From a virus (taxonomy: Duplodnaviria; Caudoviricetes), in the IMG/VR virus record IMGVR_UViG_3300038679_000021, positions 20,560 to 84,559 of that record: DNA of 64,000 nucleotides; one strand, given 5' to 3'. Numbering within the stretch: position 1 is the first letter of the stretch; each line of letters starts with the position of its first letter. Of this stretch, positions 18,398 to 27,132 are shown piece by piece. The notes under the pieces are model-generated. The model was not told the DNA's origin. It ran no database searches and saw only the letters and a list, made by a program, of their open reading frames with translations. The translations under genes and the position numbers were made by a program.

Positions 18398-19102
18398 CTA
18401 GCGATCAATCACAGCCGTGAATCCGCCAGTCGTAGCCGTGGTGCCTCGCGTGGCACGAATCAGCATGCGATTGGGAATGTAAAGGCCGTCACTGAATTCA
18501 CGATTCAGTTGCACTGCCTTCAACTGAGTAGTGGCGACAGAGTTGAAAACACCAGCGTACTGGGTCTCATTCCACACCAGATTACCACCCGAATAGATAC
18601 TCAGCGTGATATCGCCAGTACCACCGACATCGCCAGCGACAGACTTCAGCATACCTCCACGCGCCGAGAGGCTGTAGTGCAACGCCGTCGAGGTATCGTA
18701 CATCACCGAAGTGATCGTTCCGTTCGTGAGGGTATACGTACCATCGAGCAACTCGCCATCCGTCGAATCAGTCGTCAGCGAGTACTGCGAATCCACGACG
18801 ATAGGCGTCGTAGTCGTAGTCCCACTCACGTAGATACACGCCTCAAGAGCAGCCCGCAACTCCGCAACCGTATCGATGGTGCTATCACCAGCAACCGTGT
18901 TGGTAGTCGTACCGATAATCACCGCCATGTCATTGGCCGCGCCGTTCGTGGTCACGACGAACTTTCCGGCAACGCCGGACTGATCGAGCGTGATCGTGAA
19001 CGCGGGAGAGGCATCAGCGGCAATGTACTCAGGAACCGGAGCGGCAGAAACAACCGCAGCAGCCGTGAGCGCAGCAAACAGAGCAATCAGACTCTTCTTC
19101 AT
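18398..19102 (-). CDS. Signal-peptide-bearing T/A/G-rich protein immediately downstream of the capsid genes
   Basis: Probable start MKKSLIALFAALTAAAVVSA|AP at 19102 (internal to the listed ORF); strong SPI-type signal; GC3-rich codons like the capsid gene. Confidence 0.7.
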   Translation of the reverse strand: MKKSLIALFAALTAAAVVSAAPVPEYIAADASPAFTITLDQSGVAGKFVVTTNGAANDMAVIIGTTTNTVAGDSTIDTVAELRAALEACIYVSGTTTTTPIVVDSQYSLTTDSTDGELLDGTYTLTNGTITSVMYDTSTALHYSLSARGGMLKSVAGDVGGTGDITLSIYSGGNLVWNETQYAGVFNSVATTQLKAVQLNREFSDGLYIPNRMLIRATRGTTATTGGFTAVIDR

Positions 19103-19106
19103 CGCA

Positions 19107-19394
19107 TTACCCTTTCGTGGAAACCGTCGGGACCACAAGCTTAACAGGCTCAGGCTTCGCCGGGGCTTCCTTTGCCTCAACTTCGACTGCTCCCTCTCCC
19201 GGAGGGACATTCGTAGCATCCTTCGACACCGACATCTTCGGAGGAACCGAATCAGGAAGCTGAATACAGAGACCCTTCTCGATAAGCAGATTGCCTTCAT
19301 CAGAACTTGCCTCAAAAGGCGTCAAACGAGGGACTTCCACCCCTGAAATCGGCGTCGTGATCTTCCAGAACCTATTTCGCGCTTTCAGAATCAT
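19107..19394 (-). CDS. Small protein after the major capsid gene (possible packaging/decoration accessory)
   Basis: GAGG RBS and ATG at 19394; Pro/Ala/Glu/Lys-rich tail. Confidence 0.6.
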   Translation of the reverse strand: MILKARNRFWKITTPISGVEVPRLTPFEASSDEGNLLIEKGLCIQLPDSVPPKMSVSKDATNVPPGEGAVEVEAKEAPAKPEPVKLVVPTVSTKG

Positions 19395-19413
19395 ACAAAA
19401 CCTCAAGTTAGGA

Positions 19414-19442
19414 AGGGGGCGGTAGGGTTAGTACCGCCCCCT
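19414..19442 (-). terminator. 11-bp GC stem-loop after the major capsid gene (weak U-tract)
   Basis: AGGGGGCGGTA-N7-TACCGCCCCCT. Confidence 0.6.
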
Positions 19443-19451
19443 CCATCGGAG

Positions 19452-20507
19452 TTAGTCGATCACGTAGTCCGCGCCATTGACGCCGACGTTCTTCGCGATA
19501 ACCACCGCGTCCGCGTTCTCAACCGCGAAATCGCAGCGCGTATGGATCGTGACTTCCCACTTGTCCTGCCGGGGAACGCGATCCCACTCAATCGTGATGT
19601 CACGCTGAATGAAGTAGATCAGGTTCTTGAGCGGAGTCAACCAGATGGACGAGCCATCCGTCGCAGGGGTGCCGCCGACCGTATAGGCCAGATCGGTCGG
19701 GAAGAGAGGAACCTCGAACTGCGGAATCCCGAAGGGCTTGCCGCCGCCGCCGATTTCGCGGAAGCGAGCAACCGTATCATTCGGAGTACCACCACCAGAA
19801 ACCGCGCCAACCTGCGTCATGTCATACGCCCACTTATCCCAAGCGCGGCTGGAGACCACGAAGCGATAGTTGGGGAGAGCAGGACGATAGCGAGCGGGGA
19901 TCGCACTCTTCATCTTGTAGTAGAGAGCCGCAGACGCATTCGCGCCTTCCGCGTCAATCTGCTGCGAAGGAGTCGGAACAGCGGTCTGAAGCAGAGCTTG
20001 ATAACCGTTGTTGTCGCCAAGCAATCGCTGAAGGGCCGTGCCATCAGGCGTGGCCGTATACGAGCCCTGAATACCAAGCATCTCCATGTCGATGGCAATC
20101 TGCTTGGTGAATATATTCAGGAGCTTGTCACGGACGTTCTCGCCCTCGATGTTGTCCTCAAGGAAGTCCGAGGTCAGATCGAACGCCGAGCGCAGCTTGC
20201 TCGTATCGTAATCGACCTTCGACGCCGAAGGCTTAAACGTACTCGTACCCGGAGCGCGGGTCGATTCCGTCACAGTCTTACCGAGGTCGATCTTGTTGAT
20301 TTCACCCGAGGGGTGATCGATCTTCGCAAGACGCACCTGCTTGAGAAGCTGCGAAACATCGACCATCAGATCGATGAAACGGTCAGCCTGTTGACGCGTC
20401 AGAATCGAATTCGAAATCTGCGCGGTGTCGATAACCTCGCTCGTAGCCGCCTTGTTAAGGAGACGCTCGATGCTCAGTTTGCCAAGGACTTCATCGCCAA
20501 CACTCAT
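19452..20507 (-). CDS. Major capsid protein (HK97 fold)
   Basis: 351 aa, LTRQQADRFIDLMVD, IYFIQRDITIEWDRVPR...TIHTRCDFAVENADAVV; strong GC3 bias; follows protease/scaffold. Confidence 0.92.
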   Translation of the reverse strand: MSVGDEVLGKLSIERLLNKAATSEVIDTAQISNSILTRQQADRFIDLMVDVSQLLKQVRLAKIDHPSGEINKIDLGKTVTESTRAPGTSTFKPSASKVDYDTSKLRSAFDLTSDFLEDNIEGENVRDKLLNIFTKQIAIDMEMLGIQGSYTATPDGTALQRLLGDNNGYQALLQTAVPTPSQQIDAEGANASAALYYKMKSAIPARYRPALPNYRFVVSSRAWDKWAYDMTQVGAVSGGGTPNDTVARFREIGGGGKPFGIPQFEVPLFPTDLAYTVGGTPATDGSSIWLTPLKNLIYFIQRDITIEWDRVPRQDKWEVTIHTRCDFAVENADAVVIAKNVGVNGADYVID

Positions 20508-20532
20508 GGTATTACCCTTTCATTCAACTTTC

Positions 20533-22239
20533 CTACCGGACAAAAGGCCAACCTTTACTACCAAAAACATCGTTCGGGCTCTTCGGAACATCAACGGGTT
20601 TGTTCGCAGGCTCTTCCCGATGAGTGGCCGGAACCGCTGTCTTGGTAATATCTTCCAACACTTTCCCGAGTTCGTCAATCTTCTTCTGCACCGCCTCCAA
20701 CTCCGCGCTTCGATCCACACCGTCCGTAGCAGACTTGGAAACAGCGGCTTCCTTCAGAGCAGTTGCCTGACTCTGCAAGGCATTAGAAAGCGACTGGGCG
20801 ACATCGGCGAAACGAGCAAGGGCGTCGTTAATCGAAGCGGCAACGGCAGCGATCTTCCCGTTGACTGCCTCGACAAGAACGTTCCCAACCTGCCCAACCA
20901 TGCCCTCAAGAGCCCACTTCAGTTGATCCTTCAACATGGCAACAGTAGGATCAACAGGAGGCTCCGGAACAGCGGGGACCGGGACAGGAACTTCGATGAC
21001 TTGAACAGGCTGAACAACAACGGAAGGGGCCTGAGAAGCAGGAACCTCATCGACGCGCCGTTCCGTAACAGTGGTCGTCTCCACAACCACAGACTTCTCA
21101 GCTTCCACAGGCGTTTCGGCAGGTGCCGGAGCGGGGGGAGGCGTCTCAGGAACAACTTCGGGAGAAGGCGTAACAGCCTCGATAGCCGCCTTCGTCTCAG
21201 GGGTCTCGACAGGCGTTTCCGCAGCGGTGGCGACCTCGACAGGCGGCGTTGCGGCCTCCGGGGCGGCGGGCGGCGGGGTAACTTCAGGTGTCACAGCAGT
21301 AGACATAGCCTTTTCCTTTCCTTCAAGTACTCTACTACCAAGTAGAGCTTCACACAAGACAGAAATCGCAACCTTCTCTTCATCGGAAACTTTATTCGCG
21401 GCGAGAGGGCCAACAATGGCTTGAACGCCAGTAGAAACTCCGACAGTCCTCATTCCGCCGTCGAAAACGTCCTTGTTGATCTGAGGGGCAACAATTTCCC
21501 CATCATCCAGAGTGAAAATCCCGTCCGAAACAAACTTATGAGCATCGAGCCAAGAAGCTGCCTTCTGAGCGTCGAACATTTCCGGAGAGAAGACGAAACC
21601 GAAAACTCCGAGTTCTCCGTCGTAGTCTTGCAGCGTCATAGACTTCTGCGCTTCCTTGATTGCGGACTTCATGGCCGGAACCAGCATCGCGCTGGGGTTC
21701 ATCGGAGAGAAAACAACGGAAACTTCGGCAATATCGGCGAGAACAGAGAGGACTTTCTTGAAAGGACCGATCTTCATCTTAGTCATCAGGGCTTTTCCAT
21801 GCCAAGAAAACCCAGAGAGCATGCCGCGAAGAACACGATTCCATACTTCCTGCACAGTGATGGAAGCCGTGATCCAAACTCCGCGATCCCCTGTAACACA
21901 CTTAGGGATTCGATCCTTCGGGAAATGTCCAATAATGTCGCCAGAGTTGACGCTCTTGATGGCCCACATCGTAGGGTCGTCGCTAGGGACAAGCTTAACA
22001 ATCTCCCCGGAACGGACTTCTCCGACAGGAATAGGGTTCCCTCGCTCGTCCAACCACATCTTGTGGTTGTAGCAAAGCGTCCGCTTCTGAAGGAACGAAT
22101 CAAGATCGAAGCTTTCAGGGGTGATAGTTTCCCCCTCCAAGTCCTCAGAGTTAAAGGACAAAAAGCCCTTCACCATGAACGGAGAAGTAATGTCATGGAC
22201 AAAAGGGGCCTTCAGCTTGATTTCGACAGTAGTTTTCAT
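20533..22239 (-). CDS. Prohead protease fused to acidic Pro/Ala/Glu-rich scaffold
   Basis: DLEGETI, LCYNH (His), LSGFSWHG (Ser), EVSVVFSPMNPSA motifs; low-complexity then coiled-coil C-terminus. Confidence 0.88.
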   Translation of the reverse strand: MKTTVEIKLKAPFVHDITSPFMVKGFLSFNSEDLEGETITPESFDLDSFLQKRTLCYNHKMWLDERGNPIPVGEVRSGEIVKLVPSDDPTMWAIKSVNSGDIIGHFPKDRIPKCVTGDRGVWITASITVQEVWNRVLRGMLSGFSWHGKALMTKMKIGPFKKVLSVLADIAEVSVVFSPMNPSAMLVPAMKSAIKEAQKSMTLQDYDGELGVFGFVFSPEMFDAQKAASWLDAHKFVSDGIFTLDDGEIVAPQINKDVFDGGMRTVGVSTGVQAIVGPLAANKVSDEEKVAISVLCEALLGSRVLEGKEKAMSTAVTPEVTPPPAAPEAATPPVEVATAAETPVETPETKAAIEAVTPSPEVVPETPPPAPAPAETPVEAEKSVVVETTTVTERRVDEVPASQAPSVVVQPVQVIEVPVPVPAVPEPPVDPTVAMLKDQLKWALEGMVGQVGNVLVEAVNGKIAAVAASINDALARFADVAQSLSNALQSQATALKEAAVSKSATDGVDRSAELEAVQKKIDELGKVLEDITKTAVPATHREEPANKPVDVPKSPNDVFGSKGWPFVR

Positions 22240-23744
22240 TAGGCCGGGGGTTGGGTTGTAGCGGGAGGCTTCTGGAACAAAGGTACTAACTCATTCCCAC
22301 TGCGAACAGTGTACTTATCCCCACCTTCGATAGGCCCGCCGAGATTGTTCCTCTCGCGGACCTCATTGAGGGTGAGAAGACCATTAGCCATGGCTTCGAT
22401 ATCGTCCTTCAGCAACTCTGAACGTTCCTCAGTGCTGAGAGGGTCGAACACGATTCCAGCTTGAGAAACTCCAAGGCCGATTTCGAACATGCGATTGATG
22501 ACAGAGGCCCATCGCGTCTGTAGGGGCGTAACGATTCGCTCCCTATAGTTCTCCATCTGCGCGGTTCCTTTGCCAGAACCGAGATTAGCGGCATCATTGA
22601 TACCAATAATAGCAGGGTTGACCCCGTGAGAAATCATGATCGAAGACTGATTCGACTTTCGAACAGCTTCGTAATCCGAGGCTTGGATATCAGTTTCGAG
22701 CTTCTCAAACGTGACATCGATCTCCCCCGCAGCCGGGATTGGAATGATGAGGGTCTTGTGCGTCGATCCCTTAACATCACGCGAGAAATAAGCCATGATA
22801 AGCTGCTTGACTTCAGGAGTGAGGTCCGCCCCCTTAATCACAATAGCGTACTGAGGAATCGTATTGTGATCGAAGAACTGAAGGAAGTAATCGCGGATAT
22901 TGGCATTAACCATGATGTACCCGATAGCAGACATATAATCGGGAACACCATAGTAAACAGACTTGGGATGGAACTTAGGAATGTAGAGGATTTCGCTACA
23001 AGCCTCAGAAAGGTTCGACGTAGGTTCGAAGGTATTCCTATTCCGGAGATTCCATGAGGAACCCCGCCAGTTGCCATCACGGGAAAGGTTGAAAGGCTCC
23101 GGAATCCCCGTTACCGTCTTCTTAGCTGAAACTACCTTATCCCCAAAGGGCTGGTAATACCGCTTCTTCCCATTGTTAAGGGTTTCGATGAATCCCGTAA
23201 ACCCTTCGATGACCCGAATCCTAGAGGATCGGATATGGTTGATTTTGACGATCCTGCGGTTCAGAGCCCGAATGACTTCGACACAAGCCCACCCGATAGC
23301 CTCGAAATCGACGCCAGCCTGATACCAGACACCTTCGAAGCCGTCGAATCGGTTACAGGTGGCGATGAATTCCTTGATAACTTCCGTCTCGGCATCAAGA
23401 ACTTCCCGGTCAACAGGGTCGGACTTACTCTTGCGCCCGATCCGGTAAGGTCTGCCAAGAGCGTCGGTGACTTTCGTGGCAATACATCGGGCGTTGATCT
23501 CATCAGACTCAGAGAATCGTTCCAAAATGGCCGGGTTGTAGGGAGGCTCGACTATCCGAAGGGCTGAAGAGGTCGTGGACTCGACTGTACCTTCCCCCAT
23601 AGGGGCAGAGGCAACAGCCGCCTTCACCATAGTTTGGAATTCTTCCGCAGAAACTACAGTTCCATTTCCGAGAATGAAAGCCCGAGAAACAAGGCGCGTC
23701 TCAGGAACTACAGGATCAGGAGTTTTTACTGCCTCAGTTGACAT
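22239..23744 (-). CDS. Portal protein
   Basis: Likely start MSTEAV at 23744; IGWACVEVIR, YYGVPDYMSA, FFDHNTIPQYAIVIKG, LLTLNEVRERNNL motifs. Confidence 0.92.
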   Translation of the reverse strand: MSTEAVKTPDPVVPETRLVSRAFILGNGTVVSAEEFQTMVKAAVASAPMGEGTVESTTSSALRIVEPPYNPAILERFSESDEINARCIATKVTDALGRPYRIGRKSKSDPVDREVLDAETEVIKEFIATCNRFDGFEGVWYQAGVDFEAIGWACVEVIRALNRRIVKINHIRSSRIRVIEGFTGFIETLNNGKKRYYQPFGDKVVSAKKTVTGIPEPFNLSRDGNWRGSSWNLRNRNTFEPTSNLSEACSEILYIPKFHPKSVYYGVPDYMSAIGYIMVNANIRDYFLQFFDHNTIPQYAIVIKGADLTPEVKQLIMAYFSRDVKGSTHKTLIIPIPAAGEIDVTFEKLETDIQASDYEAVRKSNQSSIMISHGVNPAIIGINDAANLGSGKGTAQMENYRERIVTPLQTRWASVINRMFEIGLGVSQAGIVFDPLSTEERSELLKDDIEAMANGLLTLNEVRERNNLGGPIEGGDKYTVRSGNELVPLFQKPPATTQPPA

Positions 23745-23753
23745 AAAAGTTCC

Positions 23754-23769
23754 CTGCAATCGATTGCAG
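23754..23769. promoter_or_regulatory. Palindrome CTGCAATCGATTGCAG between a predicted promoter and the portal start codon (operator-like)
   Basis: Read directly; about 16-31 nt downstream of the inferred +1 and abutting the RBS. Confidence 0.7.
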
Positions 23770-23791
23770 ACAGGTGAAACCTAGTGAGTCG

Positions 23792-23820
23792 AATATACAA
23801 CAATGCGGGGAGAACTGCAA
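23792..23820 (-). promoter_or_regulatory. Sigma70-like promoter for the portal/head operon
   Basis: TTGCAG-17 bp-TATATT in the terL-portal intergenic gap. Confidence 0.55.
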
Positions 23821-23828
23821 GAAGAAGG

Positions 23829-25505
23829 TCAGCCAACACAGATTGTATCTAGGGAGCTACTACTTACAAAGGTAGCCGCAAGGTAGTCGTACAAATCAGC
23901 GAATCTCTGATGGTCTTTTCCCTTGCTCCAAACAAATTTCGTATTGCCCTTTGTGTCTGTCTCTTCTTGCCGGACAGGCTCAGTCATTTCCTTGACGTAC
24001 TCTCCCTCAAGTAATGACTCAAAGTTGATTGGAAGAAGATTCTTCCCAGCTTTGAACTCTGCTAGCGTTCTATCTAACCCTGCTGTTCGATCAATAGCGA
24101 TAGACCTATTCTTCTTGTCTTTCTTGATCCTCTTATCGGCACCTTCGGAGCCGAAAGAGCAAGACCAAACAAAGAAAGGGGCCTCTTCTTGAAAATCAAG
24201 AACTGTGCGAAACTCAGGCATTGCATCGATTACTGCCACTTGGACATTGAACTGGACACCCAAGGAGATAAGCTCTTGAAGAGTAGATACCTTCCCAATG
24301 AAGATTGCTTTCCTAACCCCATCAGGAAGAACTTCAGAAATGCGAACATCGAACTTCTTTCCTACGTCAACTCCCATAGAGCATTTCTTACGGGAGAACT
24401 CTTCATTTAAGTACCCTTTATGCTTCTCTGTAGTAAACGAGTAAGGGTCTCGAAGATGCGCTGCTTTCCGGAGAGTTTGAACAGTAAGGCGTTGGTTTCC
24501 AACTACGAAAGGAATACCTAAGTTAGAGGTATAGAAATGCTCTAACCCTGCCGCGCTCTCCCACGCATCTTCCCAAGCTGTGAAAATGTCATAAATGGAG
24601 TTTTCCCATGAGTTCAACATCGTCATGGAATACCCCTCTGTATCACAAGAGGGATTCTCAGGAACCCACAGTCCGGCAGTTGATTGCCTGTTCAACGGGA
24701 CATCGCAAGTGGGGCACATGCAATGAATATCTCTCCCACAATCCCGCCGCCATTCCTGATCGCGGAGTGAGTAATCTACGAAGTTTCCGTCGTCGTCATG
24801 CTTAACAATCACAACAGTCTTGAACCAATCGAGCGGGATTGGTTGCCCGCACTTTTCGCAGGGAATATGCCAGAAGTTCCTCGTTGAGGATTCAAACATG
24901 CGATTGATGCCAACACCTTTAAGAGATGGGTTTCCGATATACCTTCTGAATTGGTAGATGGAACCGCGCAGGCGGTCTCTTGCGTATTGAACGTTAGTCC
25001 CGGCGCACTGATCCAACTCTTCCACAAAGAGCATATCAGCAGGGTACTCTCGCATGTCAGAAAGCACATTGGAGCCGACGTATTTGATCGTTCCTTTTCC
25101 GAAATGCTTGAGAACAGTATTGTCAAAGAAGCCATCCCTAACATAAGCGCGATACTCAGGCGTTTCTCCAATGCGCTTATCGATGCGGTTTTGCACGTAA
25201 GTAGTGCGGGATTCTACTTTCGGAAGAACAAAGAAAATGTTAAGGCCACAGGCGGCTGCTGCGAAATGGTCAATGATGATAAACTCAGATTTCTTCGACT
25301 GTACTGAGCCTTGAATTACGAGACTCTTCGCGAGAGTATTGTAGATTTGAGGTAGGTGGGCATTCCGAACAAAATCCATCCTCTCACCATGGGTGTTCCG
25401 ATGGTATTTTGTGGCGAACTCAATGCGCTTATCACGAACCTCTAGCAGTTTCTCTGCTACTAGAAGATCGCGACGATCAAGAGAAAGAAAATCACGACGC
25501 GTCAT
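23829..25505 (-). CDS. terL: Terminase large subunit (lambda gpA-like)
   Basis: N-terminal ATPase (QSKKSE; LFVEELD), GNPS coupling motif, CEKC..C..C zinc-binding insertion, nuclease MGVDVG...AVIDAMP. Confidence 0.9.
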   Translation of the reverse strand: MTRRDFLSLDRRDLLVAEKLLEVRDKRIEFATKYHRNTHGERMDFVRNAHLPQIYNTLAKSLVIQGSVQSKKSEFIIIDHFAAAACGLNIFFVLPKVESRTTYVQNRIDKRIGETPEYRAYVRDGFFDNTVLKHFGKGTIKYVGSNVLSDMREYPADMLFVEELDQCAGTNVQYARDRLRGSIYQFRRYIGNPSLKGVGINRMFESSTRNFWHIPCEKCGQPIPLDWFKTVVIVKHDDDGNFVDYSLRDQEWRRDCGRDIHCMCPTCDVPLNRQSTAGLWVPENPSCDTEGYSMTMLNSWENSIYDIFTAWEDAWESAAGLEHFYTSNLGIPFVVGNQRLTVQTLRKAAHLRDPYSFTTEKHKGYLNEEFSRKKCSMGVDVGKKFDVRISEVLPDGVRKAIFIGKVSTLQELISLGVQFNVQVAVIDAMPEFRTVLDFQEEAPFFVWSCSFGSEGADKRIKKDKKNRSIAIDRTAGLDRTLAEFKAGKNLLPINFESLLEGEYVKEMTEPVRQEETDTKGNTKFVWSKGKDHQRFADLYDYLAATFVSSSSLDTICVG

Positions 25506-26104
25506 TTGGGATGGTTCGCTGGCAACATAATCTGCCCAAACTTGAGAAGCTTCTCAATAGAGCCAGCAATCTGATCGGGAGTACGCTCTTCTTTGGTATC
25601 TGCTTCGTGGATGATCTGATCGCCCAACTTCTTAAATAACTGCGCGGGATCGCCTGCTCTAGGGATGATTCCAGCATCTTGAAGCAACTTGATCTTCATC
25701 TTGCGGGCTTCAAGAGCCTGTTGGAAGAACTTGGCGCGATTGGGGTCTGGTTCTGTTCGCGACTCTTTAACAGTCCCCGTAACAGGATCGAAAGTCTTAA
25801 CGGTCTTCGGCTCAAGCTGGTGGGCTTCATAGAGAGCGATACGCTCGATCTCATCAAGCCACTGAATGTTAGCTGAAATGATCCCTACGGCGTCCGACTT
25901 GAGTAATTGTTGCCGGTAAATCTCTGTAACGGCAGAGATATCATCCAAAATAACAGCATCAGAAACCTGAAAGACACGCGCCAAAGCGGAAACGGGGATG
26001 CCTTTGATGTAACCATCCCAGACTTTGGCGCGACGTTCCGCCTCAGAGGCGATTTCAATCGTCCCTTTCCTCTCAGGAGGCAGAACTGTAATGTCAGATT
26101 TCAC
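25502..26104 (-). CDS. terS: Terminase small subunit (HTH)
   Basis: N-terminal HTH (GIPVSALARVFQVSDAVILDDI), helical body, overlaps the terL start. Confidence 0.7.
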   Translation of the reverse strand: MKSDITVLPPERKGTIEIASEAERRAKVWDGYIKGIPVSALARVFQVSDAVILDDISAVTEIYRQQLLKSDAVGIISANIQWLDEIERIALYEAHQLEPKTVKTFDPVTGTVKESRTEPDPNRAKFFQQALEARKMKIKLLQDAGIIPRAGDPAQLFKKLGDQIIHEADTKEERTPDQIAGSIEKLLKFGQIMLPANHPK

Positions 26105-26340
26105 GAAGGAGTAGGTGGAAGAACGAGAGTAGACCTCGGATAAAGAGTGGCTAAGTCATCAGACAAAGCACAAGGGAAAGCCCCATCGTGCCCCAACGCA
26201 TGAAGGGCCAGCTTCACTGCCCTCATGCGTTTAGTCCACCCACATTCACACTTGTCATTGAGCGTGATTTTCTCCCAATCGGGATGCTCGAAAGCAACGT
26301 TATCACACTCAAGACAGTTAGGCCATGAGACTAGGATCAT
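26101..26340 (-). CDS. Small Cys-containing hypothetical protein
   Basis: Likely start MILVSW overlapping the ParB-like stop; overlaps terS. Confidence 0.45.
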   Translation of the reverse strand: MILVSWPNCLECDNVAFEHPDWEKITLNDKCECGWTKRMRAVKLALHALGHDGAFPCALSDDLATLYPRSTLVLPPTPS

Positions 26341-27125
26341 ACAGAATCCTTCAGCTTCGATTTCAGGAACGTGCAAATATCAACCTTCGTTGATCGAAGT
26401 TCGTTGACCATCTTCTCAGTCATGTCGAAGAGTTCACCATCCATGAGGACCATCAGATGCGTCTTCCCGCGATAGGCGAAGAACATGAAGTTTCCCGGAA
26501 GATCACCAGCGTAGTTCGAGAAGATGTTGTTCAGAACATCGGAGACCGAATCAATCGCCGTGAGTTCCTTGGAAGTTTCCTTCATTTCCTTGACCCACTT
26601 CTTGTCGTCTTCGGCGGAAGCGGGCTTCAAAAGATGCTTGGCATAGTCCCGGAAATCATCGAACCCCAAGAGCCCCGGCAAAGTTTCGTCCGAAAACCCC
26701 TTTTCCTTCAAGGAAGCAACAAGGGCGGTGAACTTGGAGTCGTCAAGTTCGCCACCAATGAGATTTCTCCGAACCGTCTTGAGTTTCTGCAACTCGATGG
26801 AGTCCCAGCTTTTGACGTAGCAAGGCACAGATGACATGCCAAGCACGCGGGCGGCGCGGAATCGGTGCGCCCCTCCAATGATGGTGTACGTCTGGGGTTC
26901 TCCATCGGCCACGGGATTTGGGACCACAAGAAGAGGGTCGTCAAAACCATCTTCCTTGATTTCGTTCACAAGGGCCGCGAAGTTGGCGTCTGTTTCGACG
27001 TTAGGGTTCCAGTTGTTCTCTACGAGTTGTCCCATAGAGATCAACTCAGGGACATTGATCCTCACTCCGGTATCTTCCGCAGGGGCTTCTGGAGAATCCG
27101 CAACATCAATAACTTCGTCTTCCAT
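26337..27125 (-). CDS. ParB/Sulfiredoxin-like N-terminal domain protein
   Basis: LVENNWNPN...LVNEIKEDGFDDPLLV...YTIIGGAHRFRAARVLGMSSVPC. Confidence 0.88.
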   Translation of the reverse strand: MEDEVIDVADSPEAPAEDTGVRINVPELISMGQLVENNWNPNVETDANFAALVNEIKEDGFDDPLLVVPNPVADGEPQTYTIIGGAHRFRAARVLGMSSVPCYVKSWDSIELQKLKTVRRNLIGGELDDSKFTALVASLKEKGFSDETLPGLLGFDDFRDYAKHLLKPASAEDDKKWVKEMKETSKELTAIDSVSDVLNNIFSNYAGDLPGNFMFFAYRGKTHLMVLMDGELFDMTEKMVNELRSTKVDICTFLKSKLKDSV

Positions 27126-27132
27126 AAGTTCC

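Noticed and set aside
26337-27125. ParB-like gene as a plasmid-prophage partition system
   Set aside because: No ParA seen and no clear HTH after the ParB domain; its context is modification/packaging. Kept only as an alternative explanation for the palindrome.
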